Assembly: GCF_036321535.1 (NCBI RefSeq) | Contig: NC_087437.1 | Location: 21,950,001 to 22,014,000 of the forward strand | DNA from: Camelus dromedarius | Taxonomy: Eukaryota | Direction of reading: 5' to 3' | DNA: 64,000 bases | Part shown: positions 27,624-41,183 of the stretch, piece after piece | How the letters are laid out: each line of letters begins with the position of its first letter | Numbering within the stretch: position 1 is the first letter of the stretch | Translations under genes and position numbers: made by a program | The notes under the pieces: generated by a model | Seen by the model: the letters and a program-made list of their open reading frames with translations, nothing else | Told to the model about the DNA's origin: nothing | Databases searched by the model: none

Positions 27624-30511
27624 CAAAGAAAATTAATCACTCAGAGGTAAAGGATGGGGAAGAATCCCTGGATAAATTCTCCTTCCTCTCCCCTAAAGTA
27701 CTCTTTTGAGAAAAGTTTCCATGTGGCCTCTGGATACTTCCCATGTGACTACGCATCCAGCTGTACCTTCTTGCGAAGTGGGGCCAGCTCAGTCACACAC
27801 CACTTCCCATCTGCTTCCCCTTCCTCCTGCCTCATTGCCCCATTCCCCTTCTCACTTGTTTCTCGGGTTTGCATTCTTCCAATAAAGCTTCAGAATGTAA
27901 AATCTGTGTCAGGTCATAATTGCTAGGGAACTCAACTCAGACAAAGAATGTTTACTGCAGCAAAATTGTCACAATGCTCAGACATTGTTTTATGGTCACA
28001 AAAAGTAATTAAATCATTAGCAGAAGGAAAAATAGAGGATGAAAAAGGGGAATTTCAAAGCTGGAAACTGAAATGAAAACAGACATGGACTCACAGGGCA
28101 AAGAATAGCTTCTGACGTGGAAGAGATCACTTCTATTATCTCTGCTGCTCACTTGCAAAATGTCCTTAAACCTTTTATTTTAAATGATCACAATATTGTG
28201 GAAAGCTTTCAGTTCTTTAAAACCAGCTTCAGTGTAAGGATGCTAGTGACTAGTCTAGAAAAGAAAAAACAATATTCAGAAGAGTAATCATTGTTTTAGG
28301 TACAACTTTAATACATTTTATTTTTGTGAAATTGACCAGAGTTTCAAAGGTTGAACCAAGATTTCTGGGGTCAGGTGACCTGGGATTAAAAACCTGGATC
28401 TAGCCATCACTTAAAGGTTACTCTATCCCTTCAAGCTTCAATTTTCTCTTTGTTTAGATAAGGATAGTAGAGTACCTATGTCATACTGTTGTCATGGGTT
28501 TTAAATGAGATAATTCAGTGTCTAGCACATATTGCTCAATGATCATTATCATCACCCATTGCAGTCCCGATGAGGGAAATCAATTCTTTATGAGCAAAAA
28601 CTGGTGCTGAACATGGCTACATCTATACTTATCTTGAGATAGATGAATTCCAGTTGGAGATTTTACCATAAGAAGAACATATGATTTTTTTCATCATTTT
28701 AAGTGTATGCGTTTGTGTGTGTGTGTGAACTCACTCAACCCATTTTATTGAGCACCTATCTTAAGCCTGGCCTTTTTCTAGGCAAGAAGATAGACAGAGA
28801 TCCAGACAGACGAGGTCCCTGTCCTCAAGGATTTCTTGTTCATGAAACACAGCTTGTTCTTGTTTTTGTTTATTTGTTTGCTGTTTTAGAAGGAGGTGGT
28901 CAGCACTTGACAGGGTGACAAGACTAACACTCCAGGACAGAAAGAAAACTTGGGGTTTGTATTTTTGATGCACCAGGTACTCTTTTGAAGGAAACCAAGA
29001 AATATCTGATGTCTAAGAAGGTCTGGAAGGGGCAGAAGGAGACCAGAGTCCAAATGCCAGAGGGCACAGGTGTGGACAGCATCCCTGGGAAGTGGTGGGG
29101 CTGGGCCGTGAGCAGGACCACAGCAGGGAAAGCACTGTGTCCAAAGTGCTGTCCAACCAGGCTCCTCACTGGGCTGTCTGGCCCTCAGTGGGGGACTTAG
29201 ATCACAGGCCCCAGGTCCTGTCCCAGCTATAATGTCTGCCTCCCACAGTTAGGGGCTGGAGAATTGGCTCCTTCTATACCAGTGGGAGCAAAGTATAGTT
29301 CTGCCTCCGTCTGGTTGCCTGGGGCTCACCTCCCACCTCCCTGTCACAAACCACTTCACCAGAGCCTGGAAAAGACTTCCCCTCTTCTTGGGAATTACTG
29401 GTTCCCAAGGAAACTAATTATCCTAAACCATATGTACAGACTTTGCATATGAGCATAGGCCTTCACCAGACCATCTTTTAAAATGAAAACTTGTCTTCTA
29501 TTTTTTCACTGTGCTCCAACCACACTTGTTTCCCTCCCCCCCCCCCCATTCCTTGAATATAACATGTTGCTGTTTCAGGGTCTTAGCACATGCTGTTCCC
29601 TCTGCCAGTAATACTCATCCCCAGATCACCGTATGGCAGGCTTCAGCCTAAATGTCACCTCTTCTGAGCAGCCTTTTGAGGACAAGCCTATTTCCTGTTA
29701 ATCACCTCACCAGCAGCCCAGACACCAGCTAACAAATTATCTTTTTCCTTTCCCCCCTCCCTCCTGCTCCTCCATTCTTCCCTTCTGTTCTTTCTTTATT
29801 TTGCTTAACTCTTGGGTGGAAAGTCATATACTTCAATTCATGGTGTACTATAATTACTGCTTTTTCATGGATATTTCTCCCATTCATCCCTGGTTTCCAT
29901 TTCCATTCCCTCTTCTTCCACGTATGCATCCGCTATAAAATATTACATATGTATCCTTCCACATAAGTGTAATATTGTAAAATATCGAGTTGTTGTGTAT
30001 GTTTTCAATTTTTGTAAATAGTTTTGTGAAACAGAACTTGTCTATTTCTTGTCTTTCACTCAACAGTGGGTCTTAAACATCCAACTATATTTGCTATACA
30101 TACCTCTGATTCATTGCTCCCAACTAATGCCTAGCACTTTGTAGTGTGTTTTCATGTCCCCTCAGGATGCATCCAGTTCCCAGATTCCATATACAACTCT
30201 GCACTGAGTATTCTCATCTTTGTCCCTTTGAGGATCTGAGTGAGAACTGATCTGGATAATATCCAAGGGAAGGATTGCTGGGCCACATGTATGTACATAC
30301 TTATATACATATATGTTCTAAATGCTTTAAATGTGTTAAATTATTCAGTCCTCACAATAACCTCATGAGGGAGGTGTTAATATTATTTCCACTTTACAGA
30401 TGAAGAAACTGAGGCACAGAGTAGTTAATGGCATACTTAAGGTTTTAGTGGCAGAGTGGGCTTTAAACTTATGGGTGACTCCCTCCCAGTGAGTATAAGA
30501 AGAGCCTGCAA

Positions 30512-30650
30512 GTGGGGAGAGTGTAGCTCAGTGGTAGAGCTGCTGCTTATCATTCATGAGGTCCTGGCTGCAATCCCCAGTACCTCCAGGAAACAAACAA
30601 ACCGAATTACCCCCTACTCCCCAAAAACCAAACCAACAAAAAGGGAACAA
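30512..30650 (+). mobile_element. tRNA-Ala-derived camelid SINE
   Basis: ggggagagtgtagctcagtggtagagc...aatccccagtacctcc followed by an A-rich tail. Confidence 0.85.
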
Positions 30651-31456
30651 AAGATGCAAAAATTTGTGATGACGTTCAGGAATTTTTATAAATGTGTATA
30701 TGTAGAAAAAAACTTAAAAATAAAATGTCTAAACAAAGGAAAACAACATATCTCCATACAGAGAGATTCAAAATAAAATAACTAGAAATTGAATTGGATT
30801 AAAAGTGGATTGAGAATAATGCCCTGTGGTCACATGCAAAGACGATTCAATCTTAGGAAGTATATCAACATAATTCAATATACATTATTAACTAATTAAA
30901 AGTAAATAATCTTATGTTAGAATAAATATATGCCCCTACAAGAGGAATTGATAAAATTCAGAAACCATTCCTAACATATAAAGAACTTTTAAAGTTCATG
31001 GAAAAAAATCAGCAACCAATTAAATTATTAAAATTAAATTTTAAGCAATTAAAAAATATGCCAAGGACCTGAAGAGGTTAATTGCAGAAGAGGAAAAGTA
31101 AGTGGCCAATAAAAATAGAAAAAAATTCGTATTGCTATTAAACTGTTAAGAAAACACAAGTTAGAGACTGAAATTCTTCATTTGTCACATCTGCAGCTAA
31201 TATTCTCTTCTGGTCTGATTCTGGTTTTCAAATTTTTTGCCTTTTTTATTGACATGCAGATTTAAAATGTTTCTCATGTATGCAGACTGGTTATTCTTTT
31301 TATAAGCGTAGTATCATTTTTTAATCTTGAGATCGGCAAAAACTGAAAAGATTATGATAACATATATAATAACGTTGTCAAGGATGTGAGGAAACTGACA
31401 TTCTCATCCCATGTTATTGATGGGAGTGCAAACAACAGATTTTGAAATACAAAAGC

Positions 31457-31956
31457 TGTATGGCTGTTAGCATAACTAACGCCATCTTGAGCTTGTTGAG
31501 TTCCTCCTGTCCCTCCACTGATGCTACCTGGGACTGTACTGTGTGGTAAATCACTTCTCTGTTGTCAAGGGCTTTGTAGTTAATGGAAATTGTTTAATAA
31601 TCATTAGGAGCATGTGGCTTCTATGCTCTGTTAGTCCCCAAACAATGATGAAGAGCTTCACTGATGTATTCCTAGTGCTCATGGGACTAGTTACCCATTC
31701 AAAATCTTAGGAATGCATGTCCTCTTTCCAAGCACCTGCCCCCATACCCTGGATTAACTATAAAATTGTCCCAGTGGCCCCTTGGCGGTGCTGAGTGCAG
31801 CTGCAAATGCTAGATCTTTGTCTGCCAATCCGGATCCCACCCTGCGAGTAAGTTACTTACGATCAACAGATTCACTGATGATGTGGAGCTGTCTGCGTGT
31901 TTTTCAGTCTCCAGATGCCTTCCCAGGGTTGGTGGGCACTCCATCCTCCAGTATCA
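31457..31956 (+). mobile_element. Probable ERV solo LTR inside an old L1 fragment
   Basis: TG...CA ends, cgccatctt motif, tataaaa at about 31760. Flanks are L1ME-like. No clear target-site duplication. Confidence 0.5.
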
Positions 31957-32332
31957 GGTAGCAAATATTAAAACATTAAATGTGTTCATCTTTTGAACTT
32001 TAGGAATCTATTTTGCAGAAATAAATGAACTAGACCATACGAAGATGTTACCTGCAGCACTGTTCCCTCTGTGGGAAGTGAGGGGGGAGCAGAGACAGCT
32101 GAACATCTGTCAGTAACGAAATGGTATGTTCTGTAGGGATTTACAAAAAATGAGGTGTTTTTTCCCATTATTGACATTATCTGTACATTGATTACTTTAT
32201 AGGGAGGGATGTCCATGTGGTACTATTAAATAAAGAAAGAGAGATACAGGATATAATGGACAATATGTTGTTTCTGCTGACCCAAGATTCATTAACCTTT
32301 CTGGTAAATCAGAACCTGGGTTCTTTTGGGAG

Positions 32333-32745
32333 TGTTATGAATGGAGTGTTTATGTCCATGTTCCCCACCCCATCAAATTCATATGTTGAAAGAAATCATA
32401 ACCACCAGTGAGATGATACTAGAAAGTGGGGACTTAGATACTAGTTCATGAGGGTGGAGCCTCATGAATGGGATTAGTGCCCTTATAAGAAGAGACATGA
32501 GAGCTTTCTCCATCTCCTCCTCCTCCTTTTCTCCCACCTCCCCCCTCCTCCTCCTCCATTTCCATCTCTTTCTCTGTCTCTGTCTCTGTCTGTCTGTCTC
32601 TCTCTCTGAGTTTACAAACCAGTCACTAGACATCAGATCTTCTAGTGCCTTGATCTTGGATTTCCAGCCTCTGGAACTGTGAGAAGTAAATGTTTGTTGT
32701 TTAAGTCTAGTATATTTTTGTTACAAGAGCCCAGACCCAGACCAG
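32333..32745. mobile_element. MLT1A/MST MaLR LTR with internal (CT)-rich tract
   Basis: aaattcatatgttgaa, catgaatgggattagtgcccttataaga, ccagcctctggaactgtgagaa. Confidence 0.8.
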
Positions 32746-35099
32746 AAGCCTATTCTCAAACCATGTGTGCCCAGGACACATGCCTGGATGATCACAATGA
32801 GAGCATTCCTCTGGCCACAGGGATTGATTCAGGAAAAGACATTTGACTGATCCAATCAGAGGCAGTGAATTCAAAATCTCAGAACTTTTCATTGATTCTG
32901 TTGAAAGAGAAACAGACTCTTTTCTTCCTGGGTTTGGATCTGTGAAGATGTAAACTTGAAGCTGTAGCACCCCTCTTGCCACCACAAAGGGAGACTTGCT
33001 CAAGAATAGAACAATATAGAGAAGAACAGAGCTAAGGCAAAGCAAAGCCAGGTGCCAATTTAAGTCCCTAGATCCAGCTAAGCTTGAAGTCTTCTCAGTT
33101 CGGTGAACCAATAAATCCCCTTTCTTACTTAAATTACTTTCTGTTTCTGTTACTTGCAACCAAAAACCAAAAATGTAGAATGATGTAAATGATTTGATTC
33201 TTATATGAAACAGAGCCTCTGTAATCAGGCACTTGTGTTCAAATAAATGCATATGTACGTATTTGGTGTGGAGAATATACACTAAAATTTTAACATTGGG
33301 TTTCTCAGGAGGATAGGATTCAAGGGATGTAGGGAGGGAAGGGAAGTTTAATAACTTTTTCTTTACATACATCCATAATGTTTGGCTTGTACATAGGTGT
33401 TCATAGCTTGTAATTTTTAAAGCCCTGTAAATTTTTAAAATGAGTGTCATATATTTTGTGGGTTTTTTTCAAATATGGGGTTTTTTTTATAGAGGGGGAA
33501 ATGACGTAAGTGATCTGGAAAAAAGGAAAAAAGCTTAAATTTGATACTAGAAACATTTTAAAACTAATAATCATAGTAGCTGATAAAAAAAAACCTAGAA
33601 AAGCTTTTCTGAGTAAATTATTGATTTCCAAACTTAAATATAATTTATTATTGCTTTTTATAACTTTACCTTTAATATGCATGATTAACGCTCTTTGAAA
33701 TGTCCTTCTTTCTAGTTAAGTGGATGCACCTGTGACAATAATCCAATATATTTAGTAACTGGAAACAGGATTTCTCCTCAACGATTAAAATATACCCACC
33801 CCCATGTTAAGAAAACAAAAAATAAAGTATTTCACTATTGTCCTAGAAATTTGTCTTTCTCAGATTCTGAGTTAAAAACTAGTTATAAGTTCTTATAACT
33901 TATTGTGAAATATGCTTTGAATGATCCTTTATGATAATATTTGAGATTGTTTTTCCACACTGGCATCTTCCATTTCTTTTCTTTTTTCTTTTTTTCTATG
34001 TTAGGTCCACTTTATTTTAAAACATGTTTCCATGCAGAAATATGACAAACAGTGGGTAAAAGTGTTGGGCTGTCCCCTCCTGATATTGTCATGACTAGAT
34101 ACATCACCTTTCCACAATTCAGATTTTTAGCTTTCCTGGTGGATAATGAGTTATGGGAGTGAAAGTACCTCGTTTTAGCTCTGTGTCAGTACTAACTACT
34201 ATTCATCACACATTTACTAGATTAAGCAATATATTCAAATAAGATGATGAATCACATGTTTTAAGAGCAGAATGGGCTCTCTTTGTTGAAGAAAACTATG
34301 CTAAATTTTCATCAGAAACATTAAAGAGTCATATCTTGTAGTGGAGTTAATTACATATAAGTGTTTCCTGGGGCTAAGATTTATTTTAGAAATAAAGTTC
34401 CTCTAAAGAATTTTATTTTTATCTAAAAGTAATAACAGATAATATAGTACATGTTATTAAAATATAAATAATCCAGATTTGTTTTTTTAATGTCAGCTAT
34501 TTGATTTAAATTTCTTGAGTCTGATTTCAGTATATTATTTCAATCTACTTCACATTCATCTCTTGAATAAAAATAAAAACTATTTTCATCTGTTTGCATA
34601 TGTGTTTATGAATTAGACTTAGACATTCTAATACTTACAGGGTGCTAGTAGCTAACGAAGCTCACCTAAGGCAAGTCTTTAGTCTTGACTTTCGTCTTAA
34701 AATCTTTACTCTTTAATGTCAATATAATTGATTCCTTAGTAAAGAGCTATCATGTCAGTGACTTCCTTAGAGCACCTTCCCTACAAATTGTTTGCAGATT
34801 TCTCATAATTCAACAAGTTGGAAAAATGTGGAATGAATGGGAGACTGAATATCTTTCATTTCAAAGTGGATACAAACTAAAAGATTTCAAAAAGTTCATT
34901 TCAAATTCTACATCCAGTTGGAACATACCTCTGTGATAAAGGGATACCTATCTTTTCCTTTCCAAAAATTAAAGTACCAGGTAACCCAAATATGAGGCAA
35001 GTGTGCTCTTAACAAGGTAACCTAAAGGTACCAGTGCATTAGTAATTTTTAAAAAGTGATACAGAAAAATAAATGTGGGGCATGAGAAGGGCCATGTGC

Positions 35100-35356
35100 C
35101 AAGTCTTGGTGGAGCCCCTCAGATGTGCCCTGCCAGGTGTGGGTCTTTGGCTTTGTGCAGGAAAGAATTCAAGAGTGAGCTACAGTTGAGTAAAGGTAGA
35201 TTTATTCGGAGAGATACATACTCCATAGACAGAGTGCAGACTGTTTCAGAAGGCAAGAGAAAATCCAGGAGGTGTGGGGGTTGGGTGCTCAGTTTAAGGT
35301 GAAAGTAGATACACACTCCATAGACAGAGTGTGGGCTGTCTCACTCAGAAGGGAGA
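35100..35356. mobile_element. ERV LTR fragment with internal direct repeat
   Basis: gggtctttggctttgtgcaggaaagaattcaagagtgagc motif, and agataca(t/c)actccatagacagagtg occurs twice. Confidence 0.55.
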
Positions 35357-35360
35357 GTGA

Positions 35361-35361
<1 letters not shown>

Positions 35362-35393
<32 letters not shown>

Positions 35394-35468
35394 TGGAGGT
35401 AATGGGCATTGAACCCAGGACCTCATGCATGCTAAGCACATACTCCACCACCGAGCTATACCTACCCC
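35362..35468 (-). mobile_element. tRNA-Ala-derived camelid SINE with long poly(A) tail
   Basis: About 30 T followed by the reverse complement of the SINE body. Confidence 0.85.
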
Positions 35469-37247
35469 TTGGCATTTTTCATTTCTTGATTATGAATGTA
35501 ACCAAGTATCTGATCAGCCTAAATGATCAAAAATCTTGATGTTATAATTTTATGAAAACACAATTCAATCTTATAGTTTTATGAAACCACAATTTGCATA
35601 TGTTGTTACAGTATTTACATTTGCATTATTTAGTAAGATGGTTTTTTCCCTCCTGGAGGTTGGGAAAGGGAGATCAGTGAGAGAACATAAGACAGAGCCA
35701 GGAGAAAACACTGCCAGCTCTTGTCTTCAAGTGGCATTTCATAGCTCTTTACCTCACAGCCCGTTTTAAACCAACAGAAGTTCATTTACCTTCTCTTACA
35801 AACCTTTAACTCACTTGAGGGATGGGCTTAGCCAAAGTTAAGCCCTTGTGAATTGGTAACCTGGTTTTGAGGAAAAACTTACATAGTAACTAAGGTGTTG
35901 GATAAACAGACACTTACCATTTATTTGCAAAGAAGCCCCGTGGCTAGGATTATTATTTTGATTGTTTCTTCATAGCACAAGATAGCTGTCTTGAAGCTCC
36001 TAAGTATAATTAGAAGTTGGGAACTGTTTCCTTAAATTTGGATATCAGGTTATTACACTGTATCTGCAGATCTGGTATATCAAGCTTATAAGTAGAAATA
36101 ACTATGTCTGTTCAAAATTTATAAGGAAAATGGGCATTTTTAGCAGAATAGGACTTCTCATGTATCATATACTAAATATGACCCATTAAATCCATCAAAA
36201 TGAAAAACTTGATAAACGACAGTGAATGAAGTAAGTAAATACTGCCCTCTGACAAAGCACAGTGATATGTAAATAATTTTTATCACATAAAATCTACCCC
36301 ATAAAGACAGCATAAATGATTTTATTGATTTACAGTACCATCAACATTCTCATAATGTAAAATTTAGTAGCTAGCCTGAACATTAAATTTTAAACTCAGA
36401 ATCATCATCAATCTTTTATTTAGATCTGATAAGCTTCTGGGGTTGCTCCAACAGTGGAATCTTAATATGTTTCACCCACATGGAGAGAGATTCACCTTCA
36501 GGATATCATGTCCTCTTTTACAAACCTATAAGCAGAAGTATTGCCTAGTATCATGGAAATAATATACGACTAAATTGTTTTCACTTTGCTTTGGAATGAG
36601 GATTATGTTGCTTTGATTAACAGCTTATACTTTTTTTCCTTGGCTTTATTAACTCTAACCAAGCCCTTTATTTCCATGAATGGAATTGAAAACGCTATTC
36701 TTTTAACCTTCTGCGTTGAATTCTGGGCCATGTAAAGATTAAGTGAAGTGATTCCAAACCTAAAATCCTGTAATTATGAAACATCTGTTTAAGCTGATGC
36801 TTGGTCTTCTTTTCCTGCTGCTTCTAAGTTGGGAAGAGAGCTTTCTGAACTGCAAATTAGGATAGTCTTGGCTTGTTCATTGTGGTAAAGTGAACAGATT
36901 TAAAAAGGCCATCTATTTAGTTACCATTTGTTTTGTTTAATCTGAGATTAGACCTAGGTTTACCCCCCAAAAACCTACTAAATTTAGAGCAGACAGGATG
37001 CTTGAAGACAGCATTACTTGAGAGTAGTTTCTTCCCACAACCTCTTCTGAATGGCTTGTGAATGAATGGCGGGGGGGAAGGTACATAAACTCTGACCAAT
37101 TTGAGGATGCAGTTTTAGAGGGAAAAGAAATATCTATAAATTGATCCAATAACTTATTAAAGGACTTCTAAATGGCGGTATATGTTCTTTAACCAATTTT
37201 TAAAGACACTGGTAATAATTCCTCTAATGATCTACTGAATGTATGTT

Positions 37248-37420
37248 TGTTTTTTTTTCTTTTTTGAATTGAAGTGTAGTCAGTTTACAGTGTGTCAATT
37301 TCTGGTGGATGGCATAAGAGTCATACATATACATACATATATTCGTTTTCATATTCTTTTTCATTCTAGGTTACAAAAGATATTGAATATAGTTCCTGGT
37401 GCTATACAGAAGAAACTTGT
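37248..37420 (-). mobile_element. Short L1 3' end
   Basis: ttttgaattgaagtgtagtcagtttacagtgtgtcaatttctggtg...gctatacag. Confidence 0.75.
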
Positions 37421-39334
37421 TGTGTCATGTGTTTTCACCACTGACCATCACCTAAGGGAAGAATGGTCATGTGACTCATTACTGTAACAGCCCATGGAAA
37501 GAAACTCCCTGGGGAGGAAAGACAGAACTACAACCTCAGTTTTAATTGGAGTGCGGTGAAAACGACAACGAGTCACAACCGGAATGAGGGGTCAGGACAG
37601 CTGTTTGCCTGTCTGGGATACCTTGTAGTCTGCAAAGCTTTGCATCTGCATCTGAGACAATTTTTACAGACATAGTGTAAATTCTCAAAGGGACCTAATC
37701 AAGGACATTTCCTAGATTTAGAGTTTGGCACTTAGTTTACGATGGGTAATGTGACCTTCCACCTTGGAGACAGTATTATTAATTCATGAAGGGTATTAGT
37801 TTTATTTTTATAACTCTAATAAACTTAAAGAAATGTCTTAGTGGTCACTGAAAGTGGGAAAATGTATTTATGATGCTGTGCTTTTCTGCTTGTTGCTTTC
37901 TCTGCTTGGAGAGCCTGCTGGGAAAGGGTGAGGAAGGAAGGAAGGCGGCAGGACTCAGGGCCAGGCAAACAGACAGACCTGCGCTCCTATTTCAGCTCTA
38001 CAGTTACTGGCTGGATGGTTGAAAGCATGAAACTGAGCCTCTCTGTTTCCTCAGGTGTTAAGTGGAATCAATGATAATTATATTGAGGGGATGTGGAAGT
38101 AATGAACATACACAAAGTACCTACAGCATAGCAGATGCTCCAAAATGTTGCTTTATTTCCTCTTTCTCTATGTCTGCCTGGTAAATCACTCATCTTTCAG
38201 AGTAACTCAACAAGTCTCTTACCTTCCAGCTCTCAAGATCCTTCTCTTATCATTGAAATGGAAAGGTTGGACTGCAGTTGGGATTATTATTCCCAGATGG
38301 TATTTGGAACACAGAGGACCATAGTCCCTCCAAAAGACACAGAAGCAACTGTTTTCAAACAGCCAAGATTTCATCCGAAGCTAGATCTTCAAAGAACTGG
38401 GTGCCTGAGTCATTTAAGAAATATCTCTTGTTCTCTTTTGTACAATTCTGTCGTAAGTTCTGTAAAGTCAACTGACTGATAAAAAAAGCTCTGCCTTTAT
38501 CATTGACCTCCCAATCTAATAACATTTCACTGACTAATCTTCCCACTTGATTTGTCCTTTGGTCTAGTTTTCCACCGGCTGTTTGTCTACAGAATCTGAC
38601 CGGTCAGCATTCACACCAACACAGGTTGCTACACTGGCCATCCTTTTGATAGATTTCCCCCTTCATCTCCGATCTCCAGAGTGACCCTCACTGCCCAGCA
38701 TAAGTTTCCATCATACTTCCATGAAAAGGGACAGTTAAATCAATATTTTTCATCTGTTTTGCTGCCAGAATTCAATGATCTGTCACAGTTCTTGCCGAAT
38801 TCACCTAATCATTATTGTTCAAATGGTTTTAGCCTTGTTTAAAAGTATTGGGTTAACTGGTTTCATAACTAAACTACAAAGTATAATTTTAGCAACATTT
38901 TCCACAACCCAGAGCACATACTATCTTATGCCTAATGGTTACTCATTAATTGCATACATCTTTTGCAACTACCCTCCAAGATTTTTCCAGTATTTTCTAC
39001 CTGGGAAGGTTTTTAATGATAATCATGCTGTCCTGAATCAGCTCACAAATCCTTCTGTCTTACATTACGTTGCTCCTAACTCATAGACCAGGCACAGCTG
39101 ACGCTAAATGATACTGAATAAGATGCTACAATTCTATAAAGTCTTTGATATTCATATCTGAATGCAATCACTTGTAGATTTTCATAAAATAAACTTCTCA
39201 CTTCTACAGTTGGGATTGTTTATAAGTTGTTTAAGTTAAACAATTCGCCTAGCATGCTTTTCACATTAAATAAAGTAACCCTTTCAATTCAGTTTTCTGT
39301 GGTATCTATGACGTTATCATTTGATAGTATACGT

Positions 39335-39651
39335 CAGGGTTGGCAAATGTTGTCTGAAAGGCCAGATAGTAAAGAGTTTAAGCTTTGTGGACTGTACAGT
39401 CTCTGTTGCAACTGCTCAACTCTGCCATGTAGCAGTCACAGACAACTTGTAAATGAATGAGCATGGCTGTGAACAATATAACTTTACCTGTAGATACTGA
39501 CATTTGAATTTCATTTAATGTTTGCATATCATAAGGTATTATTCTTCTTTTAATTTTTTCAGCCATTAAAAGTGTAAAGACTATTCATATGGGCTGTACA
39601 AAAACAGGCAGAGGGCCAGATTTGCTCTGTGGCTGTAGTTTTCTGACAACT
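39335..39651. mobile_element. MER58B-like hAT-Charlie MITE
   Basis: cagggttggcaaa...ggccagatagtaaa...gggccagatttg...gtagttttctgac follows the recalled MER58B consensus along its length. Confidence 0.85.
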
Positions 39652-39974
39652 ATATATATATATAGTTGTCAGAAAACTACATATATATACTACTATATAT
39701 ATATAGTTTACCGTCAGAAGCAGGTTTTGTTAGGAGAGAGCCCTTTACAAGGGGACCTTCTTTTAAAAAAAGAAAAGAAAACAAAATTACAAATATGAAA
39801 TTAGATACAGGACTTTGGGAAGGACCCAGGCAGTAGGGAAGCCCTTGACAATGAAGCTTCTTGGTGTCCTGGTGAATCTGCCTCTGGTGATACTTGGACA
39901 GTTCTGCTGCAGAGGTTCCCTGATTACTGGAGACACCAAGAGCATTTTCAATGACAGGTTTCAAAGCCCCAAGA

Positions 39975-40075
39975 GAATACCTGCATTAGAATCTTTGAGG
40001 AGGGAGCCCAAGAATCAGCTGTCTTGTGAAGCTCCCTAGGCAATTCTACTGTGCAGCCAGGTTTGGAGACCACAG
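39975..40075. mobile_element. MER5-like hAT fragment
   Basis: gctccctaggcaattctactgtgcagccaggtttggagaccacag resembles the MER5A terminus. Confidence 0.6.
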
Positions 40076-40987
40076 TTTTACTAACTAATTTATAAATAGT
40101 GAATAAGTCCATTAGAACTGGTACTACAAACACATTTATGGCCTTAATTGTGTAGCCTGCCCAGAAATAAGTTTTAACTACTGTTACCGACTCCATAGCC
40201 CAAATGTTCAGTTTTATCAAGAAAGTGTTGGTGTTTTAGCGGTCTCAACAGAGCTTATATACATACTCCTATGCCAGCCCATCTGCTCTCTCTTTCATGA
40301 AGGTTAACCCATCAATAGTTGGCTGACTCTTCACCATTTGGGCTTAGTCTAATATTTTTATATATTAAGTTTTATTTTAAAAGCTCTTTTTAAAAATCTT
40401 AAATCTTTGAGTTCGCATTACATTTCAGATAATTTATGAAATAAATAAAGGCTGTTGAAGGACATCTGAAACTCACATCGCAGTTGAGAGAGTTTTTAAA
40501 CCCAAGCATAAAGGTGGTAGCTGAGTCACTCGTCATTGCCTGATTAATCGTCAAACTTACAGAAGCCTGTTTTCATATCGCTGCATCCTGTATTCTTCAA
40601 ATATAATATTATTGTGTCCAGGATGCTGAGAGCTCGTCTTAGTCAAAACCAGGTAGTTCTGTCTGTAGGATAGGTAGATACTACCACATGCAGTCATCTA
40701 TTCGTTTGTTAACTCAACAACTCACACATATAACAAGTATTAAACAAGTGCCTACGGTATGCCAGGCACTGTGCAAAGTACTGAGGATCCAACTGTGCAG
40801 TCTTAGATCGTGGATTCTAAGAGGAAGAGAGAAACAATAAACAAGGTGGTTTCACACAGTGATAAATGATGTGTAGGAAATAAAGCAGGGTGAAGCCACA
40901 GGGAATGCGTGTGTATGTGGGGAGATGGATAGTCAAATGTAGTGGTGATGTTTGAGCTGAGACCCAAATAGTGACAAGGAATCTGAC

Positions 40988-41183
40988 CTGTGCTGTCCAG
41001 CACATGGGAGATGGGAGCCCTTGAAATGTGGTGTGTTTCATGTTGAAATGATATTTTGAATACATGGTGGGTTAAATAAAATATATCACTGAATTTAATT
41101 TCACTTGTTTTTTTAACCCTTTTAATGTGGATATTAGAAAATTACACATATGGTTTGCATTATATTTCTATTGGACAGCACTG
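40988..41183. mobile_element. MER3-like hAT MITE
   Basis: Terminal inverted repeats ctgtgctgtcca...ttggacagcactg with an AT-rich interior. Confidence 0.7.

Noticed and set aside
32707..33450. 247-aa minus-strand ORF
   Set aside because: Runs across LTR and L1 remnants and has no recognisable domain. Likely chance.
33790..33830. Minus-strand HGGGYI resembling the lipase/esterase HGGG motif
   Set aside because: Preceded by a stop, no GDSAG-type motif seen nearby, and too short to be meaningful.
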